From contig NC_068990.1 of assembly GCF_001194135.2 (NCBI RefSeq), forward strand, positions 82,369,673-82,433,672: a stretch of DNA of 64,000 bases, in the 5' to 3' direction. The first letter of the stretch is position 1. Each line of letters starts with the position of its first letter. This document shows, one piece after another, positions 1-12,740 of this stretch. Origin of the DNA: Octopus bimaculoides (lineage: Eukaryota). Below the pieces are notes generated by a model. It did no database searches and was not told the DNA's origin. It saw nothing but the letters and a program-made list of their open reading frames with translations. A program made the position numbers and the translations under genes.

Positions 1-780
1 ATATAAACTAGAATCTAGTTATAATTATCATGTAGTTAAAAATTTCAAATGCCTGTAGGGTCTACTTTCCTTTTCATTGATTCTGGTCCGATAAAAAAAG
101 CCTCAAGCCAGGAGAGTTGATTGACGAAACTGTAAGAGCGTTAGACGGATACCTTGTGGTATTTGTTTCGTCCTCTTTCAGTTTTCAAATCCCATCATGG
201 TCTACTTACTAAACAACATAGCTCTAGATTAGTGGTTTCCAACAGATTCCTAGCTTTGCTTATAGTTCAATACAGAACAAATAATACTACGATGGGTGAC
301 AATTGTTTTTCGGATTTCTGGCTCTGATGTATTACACACATGCACGCATGCGCACGCACACACACATGCATATATACACACACACACACAGACACACACG
401 CACACACACTCACACACGCGCATATCAACATCATCAGTTTCTTCTGATTCACTTATTTTCAATCGTCATCAGTTTCTTTGCTTCCATTTAAGATGTGTAA
501 CATGTGTTAACATCACCGTCATTATTGATAGAGAGGGGCGGAGAGGGACATCCAGTTGAAAGCAACGATACAACAATGTCACATCTGATGATTTCCTTCA
601 AAGTTGAATTAAGATCAGCTAAGAGAAATAACTCAATTGAACCAAAGACACAAATTTAGATAATTAAATTAAAGGGGTTTGTACTGAACGCCATACATAA
701 AATATTCCCAATTTACTGAAATTTCCTGCTAACTCGGAGAAAGGAAACGCAGAACAAAGGAAATTATTATAATTCATTTT

Positions 781-855
<75 letters not shown>

Positions 856-2519
856 AATGTATATACGTATATGTCTATATATGTGTATATATATATGCAT
901 ATATATGTATATATATATATATATGTATACATATATATATACATTATATATATGTATACACACATATATATATATATATATACATATATANNNNNNNNNN
1001 NNNNNNNNNNNNNNNNNNNNNNNNNNNNNNNNNNNNNNNNNNNNNNNNNNNNNNNNNNNNNNNNNNNNNNNNNNNNNNNNNNNNNNNNNNNNNNNNNNNN
1101 NNNNNNNNNNNNNNNNNNNNNNNNNNNNNNNNNNNNNNNNNNNNNNNNNNNNNNNNNNNNNNNNNNNNNNNNNNNNNNNNNNNNNNNNNNNNNNNNNNNN
1201 NNNNNNNNNNNNNNNNNNNNNNNNNNNNNNNNNNNNNNNNNNNNNNNNNNNNNNNNNNNNNNNNNNNNNNNNNNNNNNNNNNNNNNNNNNNNNNNNNNNN
1301 NNNNNNNNNNNNNNNNNNNNNNNNNNNNNNNNNNNNNNNNNNNNNNNNNNNNNNNNNNNNNNNNNNNNNNNNNNNNNNNNNNNNNNNNNNNNNNNNNNNN
1401 NNNNNNNNNNNNNNNNNNNNNNNNNNNNNNNNNNNNNNNNNNNNNNNNNNNNNNNNNNNNNNNNNNNNNNNNNNNNNNNNNNNNNNNNNNNNNNNNNNNN
1501 NNNNNNNNNNNNNNNNNNNNNNNNNNNNNNNNNNNNNNNNNNNNNNNNNNNNNNNNNNNNNNNNNNNNNNNNNNNNNNNNNNNNNNNNNNNNNNNNNNNN
1601 NNNNNNNNNNNNNNNNNNNNNNNNNNNNNNNNNNNNNNNNNNNNNNNNNNNNNNNNNNNNNNNNNNNNNNNNNNNNNNNNNNNNNNNNNNNNNNNNNNNN
1701 NNNNNNNNNNNNNNNNNNNNNNNNNNNNNNNNNNNNNNNNNNNNNNNNNNNNNNNNNNNNNNNNNNNNNNNNNNNNNNNNNNNNNNNNNNNNATATATAT
1801 ATAATGTCCGTTACATTATTTCTGATCAACCAGATCTACAACAAATGCATTCCAACTTAGAATTACATTATTCAATGTATCCTTTCTTATTTTGATAGAA
1901 AATTACGAAATTTGGCTGCTATTTCTGGAAGATCACTCGACCATTTAAAAGATTATTCATTGATTCGTTCTGGTATTTTGTGTTTACAGAGATTTGTACA
2001 CAACATATTTTATAATATAGGATAAATATTTCAAAATGATATTTAGAATATATTTCAAAGAAAATACAGGAAAGCTAATATAGTAATGGAAAATTGCAAA
2101 TAATTATATTGAATAAGTAAATAAGTAAATACACAACTAATTATATCATAAGCTGGCATTCATCTGAAGTATAACAAATAATTCATGGAAAAAATAATAA
2201 AAAAAATATGTTAGATTACATTAAAGCATTAAATTTAATAAAATTACATTAAATATAATTACATTTTAAAAAAGTAAATAAAATTTTTTTGAAGAAGTCT
2301 ACTGAAAATCGATCGGAAATAAAATAACAGAGTTTTATATAAGCATTTGCTGTTGTTTTTGTTGTTCGAGATAATCTCTGAGAGAACACATTCCACCCGT
2401 GACTTTCCAGTCATTTTTTTATCAGATCTAGTTGGAGAGGGGATCTTTGTACAAATACCTAGGGATTAGATTAAGACAACCAATACCAAAAATTCGTTTG
2501 TTATTCGCTCCAGCACCCT

Positions 2520-2615
2520 GTATTCGTGTTAAAATCCTGCCGAGGTAAACTTTGCCATTCATCCTTCAAGGCTAAAATACTAGGGTTGATGGTATAGACT
2601 AATCTCCCCCTAAAA
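2520..2615 (+). mobile_element. SINE family A, partial
   Basis: aaatcctgccgaggtaaactttgccattcatccttc core. Confidence 0.5.
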
Positions 2616-3400
2616 TAAAATAAAAACAAACATTGGCTTTGTGCTAACAGAAATTGTTATTAAAAGCAGAGGATTGACAGAATCGTATTGTTGTAAAGTG
2701 TTGCAAAGAAGCGAGTCGAGTTTGCCAATGTCAATCATTTATTGTAACCAATGTATTATTTTCGTGTTCGCTGGCAAACAAAAATTCCGAATATTGTATT
2801 CCATAAATAGGCACCAGTTCAGAACGAATAGATTCTTACTTATTTTCATCTCTGGAACTGGTTGTGTTGAATGAAACACAGAAAACCATAGGTTTTATCA
2901 GGTTTCAGTTTTCCAAAGCGTACCAGCATTTTATATTTACATGTTGTATGTCTACATGTGACTATGAGTATATGAATGTTTGTGCATACATTTATGTATA
3001 TATTTATGCATATATGTATGTGTGTGTGTGTTTGTGTGTGTGTTTTATTTTTATTTATTAGTATTAGTTATATAGTGAGGTTACTGGTTTCTAACAAGGA
3101 AATAAAAGCTCTGTCCTTGGGGTTTGGCTAACAACGACAATGATTGTTACACAGCAAACTTAAAGAAAACTTTGCCTATTTATACTGTATCACAAACAGA
3201 TCGTATCTGTAAACTTCGTGGCCGTCAATCTCTTTCTTTGCTTGAAAATACTAGCTTTTGCAGATTGGAATTCTGTAGTGCACTAAAGATTATTTGTATG
3301 AATTTGTATGAATTTACAATGAGTATACAAGAGTTGTAGATTTCGAAGCAGTTGTCCATAGATATTCTTTTTCACGCTGAATTTATAAGAAATGTTTACA

Positions 3401-3810
3401 GGTGCAGGAGTGGTTGTGTGCTAGGTAGCTTGCATACTAGGTTCAGTCCCACTGTGTGGCACCTTGGACAAGTGTCTTCTACTATAGCCTCAGGCCTACC
3501 AAAGCCTTGTGAGTGGATTTGGTAGACGGAAACTGAAATAATCCCGTCGTATATATATGTGTGTGTGTGTGTGTATGTCTGTGTATCTGTGTTTGTCCCC
3601 CCCCCCCAACATCGCTTAACAACCGATGCTGGTGTGTTTACATGGCCGTCACTTAGTGGTTCGGCAAGAGAGACCGATAGACTAAGTACTAGGCTTACAA
3701 AGAATAAATCTTGGGGTGATTTGCTCGACAAAAGGCGGTGCTCCAGCATGGTCGCAGTCAAATGACTGAAACAAAAATAAATAGATAAATAAATAAAGAT
3801 AAAAATAAAA
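3401..3810 (+). mobile_element. Composite SINE family B, full length
   Basis: tRNA-like head (ggtgcaggagtggttgtgtg...ggttcagtccc), caccttggacaagtgtcttctactatagcc...ggtagacggaaactg domain, (TA)(TG)n spacer, and a second module ending ccagcatggtcgcagtcaaatgactgaaac plus an A-rich tail. Confidence 0.85.
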
Positions 3811-5710
3811 ATCTAAATATCTATGATGTATCTATTATACTTGAACTTATTAGAAGAGGTTTGAAATGAGAGATCCATGACACGAGAAACAAATAAGGGT
3901 TAGCGACTGGAAAGGTATCCGCCTGTAAAACAATTCTTAGGTGACATTCCTGTAACTCAGTTTGGCATGGAAACACTCATCTAAACACAAACGAAACAAA
4001 ACATGGTTCGATGAGACCTTGTCTTGAAAGGAAGGAAGAAGTAGAGACTAGATTACCTATGACAGGTGTTTTTCTAAAGACAATAAAAAGTAATTTCAGG
4101 GAGGCTTTCCTTATTAGCTAAACTATACAGTGGTTTAAATATTGGCTGAAATAATAATAGATTAATGCTTATGATCAATAACTTGTTGAAGTTACATGAC
4201 GTCACTTACGTTGTGATGAATGAAAAAATCAAGAGACTAGCTTTAAGACAACTTATATGCCAAAATATTTTGTTAGTGGGTCTTCCAGCGACATAATAAA
4301 ATAAATATAATTAGTAACTTTGAAAGCAGGTGGGACTATGAGAAGTTGATGTGTTTTATATTCATTAAAATTCTCTTATTTGATCTAAACTGACAACTTC
4401 TAGACAATAATATCGTTGGAGGAAAAGAAAATTATTTGCTTCCATTTCTCTCAAAGACGTCAAGGACTGTGTTTGTTGGATAAGTATTAATATCAAAAAT
4501 GTTTGTTATCAAAAGATTGATTGTAACAAAAATCAATTATGTTGATTTTAACCAAAATAAGATTTTACAATTGTCTCTGACAGCGACTAACGAGTTTAAA
4601 TATTTCAAGTAGACAGACTTTCATAGTATCTACTCTATCAACAACACCTTCCACACTACATTCTAATCATCTAGTTATCATTTCAATTAGCCAGAAGTGC
4701 AGTGAAATAACAGAACAATCATACTAAAATATGAAACGAAATGTTAGTGTGTACACCAAGATTACATTTGTGATCTTTGGCGTTTATACCTGTTTCTACG
4801 ACAACTAGTCATACTAAATGCTCTAACACGTGTCTATATGAGTACATGTATGTGCCATTAGTACATGTCTGCATGAGTGTACCCTCGTCTGCTAGCGTTT
4901 GCAAATGGTATTCCTAATAAATGAGATGTGAATAGAATCGGAACAATGGACTCTGTTTATCTTCAAGATAAATTTAGTTGAAGCTAAACATGAATGAGTT
5001 ATATATCTTTATAAATACAGCACGTAACCGTAGAAACACTGATATTATTGTACTTTTGTATTGTAGTGTAACTCAAAGAATCCACAATCTAAAATGTGAT
5101 TAAACGACCATCAGTTTTTCATACTAAAGACGCTATTCTTTTATTTATCAGCTCCAAGTTAACATTTCTGAGTGACGTGGAGAACAGAAACAATAATTAT
5201 AATTGGATTTGTCTAGAAAGCATGAAATATGATAGTCGTACATACAAACGTATGTATGTGTGTATATATGTACGTACGTACCTACGTATGTACGTGTGTA
5301 TCTATGTTTGTATGTATGTATGTACATACACATACATATATGGGGAAATAGAGAAAGGGAAGGTGTTTTAATGCTATGAGCAACTGAAAAAAGCAGAATA
5401 TATAGAAATTACGGTATTTGCCGGCAAATATGACATTAGAAATGATAAGACACTCCATAGAATTGGCGAGGTATATTTTGGAACACAAAAGTTTTGACGA
5501 TTTAACAACATTGTCAATAATTTATTTTGTGAAAATATTTGATTTAGAAAAGAATAGTTAGGTGTTATTTTTTAAGACACTACAACGGATATACTCTCTA
5601 GGAACTGACCAGGGGGCCTTGTCTACATCCCAGTATCCCATGCTGGTATTTCAAAGGTATTGTCAAGCCGACTAATTGTGGACCCCACTGACCTTCACTA
5701 TATATAACAG

Positions 5711-5923
5711 AGATCGACGGTACACGCACATATCGTCAGCCACCAAGGGACATTCTCAACTGGTTAAGGCCAAACAACTGACAAGCAAATCTATGGCATT
5801 AAGCAGAATATTTTGCTGCAGCCCATCTTTTTATACGAAGACAAAAAACAATGTACATGATAACACTTCCAATCAATTAAGATCAGAAGCCATGAGAGCC
5901 ACTGCCTGGTACTGCATCCGGGA

Positions 5924-5930
<7 letters not shown>
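5711..5930 (+). mobile_element. Retroposon family D, 3' end with (ATT)n tail
   Basis: About 210 bp matches the reverse complement of 24075-24290, ending ctgcctggtactgcatc.ggg.atttattatt. Confidence 0.7.
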
Positions 5931-6004
<74 letters not shown>

Positions 6005-6040
6005 CATCATCATCATCATTATTATCATTGTTATTATATG
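5926..6040. repeat. (ATT)n/(ATC)n microsatellite; representative of many ATT/AAT tracts (7910, 12270-12400, 12570, 42260, 47820)
   Basis: Perfect trinucleotide tracts seen directly. Confidence 0.95.
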
Positions 6041-7278
6041 AACGTTGTAAGTGCTGTCTTGTTTATGCTATGTGTTTCCTAATATGTCTATATGATATCC
6101 GGAGAAGAAAAAGAGAAAAGTTGTGAAAAGTTGAATATCGTTACTGTTTTGATAAAATGATTGACCTTAATGCTGCCAACCTTCGGTGTTAAAGAATAAT
6201 TCGTCCTGAAGAAACTCTTCTTTTGTCATTTACGTTGCAGATTTTAGTCTAAATGTATAATCTTTTAAAAGGCAACATATTTGGTGCCAAACCTATGTCA
6301 GGAAATTAAAGGTCAGATTTTGAAATCTGTATATGTTTATATACTATGAAGAAAAAACGTAAATATAACCACCATTTTAAAGCTAAGGAAGTCATTTGAT
6401 ATTTCTCAGACATAGTGGAATTATTAGTTTATATATATATATGTACAGATGCATACGTAATACACTCTCTCTTTCTCTCTCTCTCTCTCTCACACACGCA
6501 CACAAACACGCATGTATATGCAGTCGTGACTGTGAGGGAAGAAGCTAGCTTCCCAACGATATGTTTCCAAGTTCAATCCTGAGTCATCTTTCAGTTTTCC
6601 TTTTCGTTTGGAGGTTGACATTAGGAAGCTAGCCAGTGAGGTCGTCCTTTGAGAGGATACTGTCTATGAGTTCCGTGTATGAAAACGTTTTTCGTTTCCT
6701 GAATGCATGAATCTCACAGACAAAAGGTTTTCCTTTCTTTCTTTCCGTTTTCTTTTTTTTCTTTCGTTCTTTGTTTGTTTACTTCTTCCTTTCTTTTTGT
6801 TGATAGATTTATCTCCGGGCGTAACTGCTTAGTTGTGTTTTTTAAAGACATATTTATAAATAATTCAGTCCTTTTATGTTCGTTGCATAAGCTCTTACTA
6901 TTTTTCTTTTGTTTCGCCTGAGTCAAGTAATTTTGTGTGTGTGTGTGTTGTATAAACATTGTATACGTCGTTGTAAAAACATTAGATTGTATACGTAATC
7001 GTTTAATAAATGAAAATGTATACATGGTTATATAAACATTAACGCGTGTACGTAATGAACTAATTTACGTACTTACTGTGCTGTCTCCTTATAGTTCCTA
7101 GCGTTGATTTTGTTTTCGCTCGTCTGAATGAGATATCAGGCGTTGGCGAAATTATGCTTTATATAACAATAACCTTTCAGTTACATTTTTGTGTTGATTT
7201 TCATTAAATGATTCGCAAGAAATTTGAGGACTTTCCTAAAATTACTTGCGCAATCTTCTTTTTATTTCGCCGAAGTTA

Positions 7279-7830
7279 GATTAACATGCTTAGTGGCATT
7301 TTGCCCATCTCTGCGTTCTTAGCTCAAATTTCACCGAGATCGACTTTGTATTTCATCCTCTCGGGGTCGATCAAATAAGTACCCGTTGAGTACTGGGGTC
7401 GATGTAATCGGGAAGCCTCTTTATCCAAAATTCTAGGCCTTATGCCTATAGTAGAAAGCATTATTAAGGCAGCGAGCTGACAGAATCATTAGCACGCTGC
7501 GCAAAATGCTCAGCACTATTTCATCTGTCTAAACATTCTACGGTGTAAATTCCGCTGAGGCCTTTCATCTTTTCGGGGTTGATAAAATCAGTACCAGTTG
7601 AGTATTGGGGTCGACGTGATCGACTTACCTCACCCAGAACTTGCTGGTCTTGTGTCAATCTAGCTCGTCTTCTCCTCTGAACATACACTTGAGAGAGGCA
7701 GCTGCTGAGGTGACCTTGGCGGTCGGGGTGACGAAGATGTGTGGGGTTCCTTGGTTGTTAACTGTTCTTGCTTTAACTTTATACAGGAAATTTTGGGCTA
7801 AATCCCACTTGTCTTTTGTCTCCTATTGTT

Positions 7831-7865
<35 letters not shown>

Positions 7866-7905
7866 TTTTTGCTTTGTGTTCTTTTTTGTGGCCAATAAAA
7901 CAGCC

Positions 7906-7975
<70 letters not shown>

Positions 7976-8208
7976 AGGCGGTGAGCTAGCAGAAACGTTA
8001 GCACGTCGGGCGAAATGCTTAGCGGTATTTCGTCTGTCTTTACGTTCTGAGTACATATTCCGCCTAGTTAGACTCTGCCTTCCATCTTTTCGGGGTCGAT
8101 AAATTAAGTACCAGTTGAGTACTGGTGTCGATGTAATCGGCTTATTTCCCTCTCTCAAATTCTAGGCCTTGTGCCTATGGTAGTAAGGATTATTATTATT
8201 ATTATTAT
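7279..8208 (+). mobile_element. Cluster of three tRNA-derived SINE family A copies (7279-7465, 7466-7660, 7975-8208)
   Basis: Shared consensus ggcggcgagctggcagaa..gttagc...gagttcaaattccgccgaggtcgactttgcctttcatcctttcggggtcgataaattaagtaccagttgagtactggggtcgat...ggccttgtgcctatagtagaaagg(att)n, with Pol III A- and B-box-like head. Confidence 0.85.
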
Positions 8209-8901
8209 AGTTAAACATCATTATTATCGTTACCATGATTATGAATATTATTATTACTGTAGGTGTAGAAAGAAAAATTATTGTTGTTGTTAGTATTGTT
8301 GTTATTGTTGTTGCTGGGTTTAATTTGAATGGTCGTATTCACTTCGTTCTCTGCAGTATTTTTGGATGATATCGTTTTAGTGCTTGCAAGATGAAATGTT
8401 TATGCATTTTTGGGGTTTTTTTTTTTACCTAAGAGAAACCTTCAAAAAGATATTGCGTCCAAACCGTTTAGCCTGAAGTGAAGAAAAAGCAGTTTGCTTT
8501 TGAATATTTTCGGTTTTAATATTTGTATACATTTCACTTTCTATTGTATACGGACTTATGTGTTTGAACGGTGAGAAGACATTATCACCGCTGTGTTGGT
8601 TGCAATAACATAAACAAACACACCCATTAGTGAACACACACACATACACATACACACACACACATACACACACACACACACATACACACACACATACACA
8701 CACATACAAAATAGCTGAGGAAACAATGGAACTGATAACCCACTCAAGAAAAATAAAAATAAAAAAACTGGGAAAGCCTAAAATTTCCGACAAACAGCCG
8801 TAACAATATTGGCTTGAATATACGAAGCGATAATAGCAGCAAAGTTCGTAGCACCTCTATCACATTTACGAACGTAGCGGCAACTAGAGATATTTTAGAT
8901 T

Positions 8902-9213
8902 ATTGCTGGCACTCCGTCGCTTACGACGTCGAGGGTTCCAGTTGATCTGATCAACGGACCAGCCTGCTCGTGAAATTATCGTGCAAGTGGCTGAGCACTC
9001 CACAGACACCTGTACCCTTAACGTAGTTCTCGGGGATATTCAGTGTGAAACAGTGTGACAAGGCTGACACTTTGAATTACAGGCACAACAGAAACAAGAA
9101 GTAAGAGTGAGAGAAAGTTATGGTGAAAGAGTACAGCAGGGTTCGCCACCATCCCCTGCCGGAGCCTCGTGGAGATTTAGGTGTTTTTGCTCAATAAACG
9201 GTCTGGGAATCGA
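8902..9213 (-). mobile_element. Retroposon family C (probable tRNA-SINE; head lost in gap)
   Basis: Minus strand starts with B-box-like tcgattcccagacc at the gap edge and ends gtcgtaagcgacggagtgccagcaataat. It is a GC-richer block within AT-rich flanks. Confidence 0.55.
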
Positions 9214-9804
9214 NNNNNNNNNNNNNNNNNNNNNNNNNNNNNNNNNNNNNNNNNNNNNNNNNNNNNNNNNNNNNNNNNNNNNNNNNNNNNNNNNNNNNNN
9301 NNNNNNNNNNNNNNNNNNNNNNNNNNNNNNNNNNNNNNNNNNNNNNNNNNNNNNNNNNNNNNNNNNNNNNNNNNNNNNNNNNNNNNNNNNNNNNNNNNNN
9401 NNNNNNNNNNNNNNNNNNNNNNNNNNNNNNNNNNNNNNNNNNNNNNNNNNNNNNNNNNNNNNNNNNNNNNNNNNNNNNNNNNNNNNNNNNNNNNNNNNNN
9501 NNNNNNNNNNNNNNNNNNNNNNNNNNNNNNNNNNNNNNNNNNNNNNNNNNNNNNNNNNNNNNNNNNNNNNNNNNNNNNNNNNNNNNNNNNNNNNNNNNNN
9601 NNNNNNNNNNNNNNNNNNNNNNNNNNNNNNNNNNNNNNNNNNNNNNNNNNNNNNNNNNNNNNNNNNNNNNNNNNNNNNNNNNNNNNNNNNNNNNNNNNNN
9701 NNNNNNNNNNNNNNNNNNNNNNNNNNNNNNNNNNNNNNNNNNNNNNNNNNNNNNNNNNNNNNNNNNNNNNNNNNNNNNNNNNNNNNNNNNNNNNNNNNNN
9801 NNNN

Positions 9805-9849
<45 letters not shown>

Positions 9850-9860
9850 ATTATATCCTC

Positions 9861-10081
9861 TAAGACGGCGACGTGGCAGAGTCGTTAGACAAGATGCTCA
9901 GGGCATTTCGTCCGTCTTTGCATTTTGATTTCAAATTATACTGAGGTCGAGTTTGCCATTTATCCCTCTGAGACCGATAAAAAATGTACCAGTCGCGTTA
10001 TGAGGTCAATATATTCGGCTTGCCCCTTCCCCCTCCCCCAAATGGTTTGACTTCTGGCTATATCAGAAAGAATTTTTATTT
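9861..10081 (+). mobile_element. SINE family A, diverged copy
   Basis: Head aagacggcgacgtggcagagtcgttag, core gtcgagtttgccatttatcc..gaccgataaaaaatgtacc, tail ctatatcagaaag. Confidence 0.7.
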
Positions 10082-10329
10082 GTCCCAGTCTCCGTCTGGT
10101 TACATTAGCGCGTATGCACTTTCGCTTCTTGTACAAGGCACGTGTTCTGATAGCAGGCGGTCTATCATCTGTCAAGGCCAGGACATTTCCAGCGTTTCCT
10201 TGACGGTGAAAAGGTGTGGTCGCCGTTCGCCAGACACGTTTTTCCCTAGAGTTCTGATTTCTAAGTTGGCTATCCTTTCGGGGTGGTTAAAATAGTCGGT
10301 GTCATCGATGTGACACCACCTCCAACCAC

Positions 10330-10600
10330 GACAACAAACAGCAACAAATTTTAGACTTTGTGCCTATAGCAGAAGCAATAATTATTACATCCTCAACTGG
10401 AAAAAATATTTAGGACTTCGGAACATGACTTGAACTATTTGTTCCGTTTTATTTTAAGTTAAAATTCTGCCGATGTCAACTTTGCCTTTGATCTATACAG
10501 GGTTGACAAAATTAAGAAGTTTCATACACTTGTGGATGGTATTATTGCCTAACCACTCCCATCAAATTCGTAGACTTGTACCTTAATTAGAAACGATAAT
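10330..10600 (+). mobile_element. SINE family A fragments (tail plus diverged copy)
   Basis: ttgtgcctatagcagaagc tail; aattctgccgatgtcaactttgcctttgatc core. Confidence 0.55.
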
Positions 10601-11116
10601 TACAACATTAACGTCACTATATTTATCGCAACAGGGAAAGAATCACTAAATTCTATAAATTCAATTTATGTTGAAACCATATTGTATTATAGACAACTGA
10701 GGGATTGAACTCTCAGGCAGAATGCTAGTTCGACATGTGCAACTTCGGATATATTCCATAATTTCCATTGCTTGCACGACGTATTTTTATTGAAAATTTA
10801 CTGCTCCCTCACCTCTACAAAATGTTACTGGCACTGACAGCGCAAGAGGGTGAGAGGTTCGCGTTATCAGGTTGTTGAATATTGTTTCAGTTTATCTTCG
10901 GTAAGTTATGCACTATATTAATCAATGTTTGTACCGTAGCTATTCTGTTTTGATTGTAGGAATATTGTTCGAAGATTTGTTGTTGATGTCGTTGTTATTC
11001 CTTTTGTTTGTTGATATTATTGCTGTTATTGTTACTGACACTCTATTTTGTTAATTACGATTATATTTCTTGTCTCAGTATAACCTATGTTTATGAAATA
11101 TTTTCAACTATTACAG

Positions 11117-12264
11117 GTTGTACGGCATTACACTATTCAGTGAGGTCAGGAAATGTTGAGATCACTCAATTGTTGACAGACTATTTTGTTCGATACGGAG
11201 TCGCTTTAGATACTGTAAATAATGAAGGACACACACCTCTTGATGATGCACGCGAACAAGGATACAAGGAATGTGCGGAAATATTGATGAACGCAGTTAA
11301 AAAATGCACTGATGAGCATCCTCTATGTACCCAGTTTGATGATTTAAATATTTCGAAAGAAGAGATGAACAGACCTCAAAGAATGAACCCCAATTTAACA
11401 ACCTCAACTGAAGAACCACCTATTGCAATATTTCAACAGAGTCCTTCAACTTCATTAAATCCTAAATCCATGACAGAACACAAAAAGGAGACTGAAACAG
11501 TCACCGCCCCCGCTGTGACTATTCGTGTAAGGGAAAACTCTGTAACAGGCACAAAAAGTAAACGATATGTAAACATGAAGCGTATGAAATCAATGTCAGA
11601 AATAAAGCCAAAGTTTTCTGGCGACATTAAACAACGTGAGTCGGTATACAGAATGTTAACGCCAAGAAGTGTTTATGTCCTTAATCAAAGAAGAAAACCC
11701 AATGAATGGAATGTTACCAAGTTGATAATGGAAAAACTTAAAGATTACCGCAATAATCCTGCTTATTTCATGATGAATATTGAAAACTTGCGACATTCAA
11801 CATCAGACATGAATGAAGTTAAAGAATATCCAGTAATAAGTAAAAAACACAACAGCGAAAAGTGTTATCCGTTATATGAAACTAGCAACGATTGGCGAAC
11901 AGATTTGAAGAAAATATTTTCGCATTATGAATACCATTGTTCATTATCCTACAGATCCCCAGCGTGCAAACGGGAAATACCTTTCATAGCAAACATAGAA
12001 GAGTTTGTCAAAGACACCGAAACTAACAGCTTAACGGAAAAGGTTTCCCGGCGTCAGCGACGTCCAAGTAATTTCTCCCGTACTTCTGCGTTTGCAGATA
12101 CTACGGCTCACCGGAAAATGAAATCTCGTCGATCTTCTGTCATGTCTCAGAATTCTTCGGCTGTGAATAATGCAACACGCACTGGGACTACGTCTAGAGA
12201 ATATTCGAGAACAATTAGCAGTGAATCTACCAGAAGTACCTCATCGTCTCATAAAGTCTTATGA
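11117..12264 (+). CDS. Terminal coding exon of an ankyrin-repeat protein (2 ANK repeats plus about 320 aa S/T/R-rich tail); upstream exons not located
   Basis: Longest N-free ORF in the window. Acceptor ttttcaactattacag ends at 11116 (phase 1, G|GT = Gly). Translation begins GCTALHYSVRSGNVEITQLL...LDTVNNEGHTPLDDAREQGYKECAEIL, matching the ankyrin consensus G-TALH-A---G----V--LL and N--G-TPL--A---G----V--L. Stop TGA at 12262-12264, followed by (AAT)n. Confidence 0.85.
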
Positions 12265-12277
12265 AATAACAATAATG

Positions 12278-12308
<31 letters not shown>

Positions 12309-12328
12309 TAATAATAATAATAATAATG

Positions 12329-12395
<67 letters not shown>

Positions 12396-12584
12396 TGATA
12401 ATAGAGAAAAAGACTGACGCAATACAATACCGGGAAGAGTTTGCGCACTCAGCAACAGAAACGAACACACAGTGCTGCGTACACCTCAGCAACACCGAGG
12501 CGCAGCAGGTGATGCAGTAGAAATTTACTTGAAACTACCAAATGTTGAACAATAACAATAATAATAATGATAATAATAATAAGT

Positions 12585-12621
<37 letters not shown>

Positions 12622-12634
12622 GTGAAGGTTACTT

Positions 12635-12740
12635 TAAGCACAAGACCGACATTTTGACGGGTACTTTATTTCATAGAACCCGAAAAGATGAAAGGTAAAG
12701 CTGATCTCGGCGGGATTTCAATTTAGAACGTAAAGAGCTT
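12635..12740 (-). mobile_element. SINE family A, partial with internal deletion
   Basis: gcacaagacc...ggtactttatttc..acccgaaaagatgaaaggtaaagctgatctcggcgggattt. Confidence 0.65.

Noticed and set aside
4190-4600. Possible LINE endonuclease relic (QETSF, AGG, YLLP, VDFN)
   Set aside because: Only scattered 3-4 residue resemblances across many stops; needs an HMM search.
10871-10900. Possible micro-exon ending at a perfect gtaagt upstream of the ankyrin exon
   Set aside because: The frame needed to join the phase-1 acceptor contains a stop, unless a 10-nt exon is assumed; unsupported.
11008-11116. 5' part of the 418-aa ORF as a signal-peptide-like N-terminus (MLILLLLLLL...)
   Set aside because: Starts at a non-ATG codon in T-rich low-complexity sequence ending in a canonical acceptor; best read as intron.
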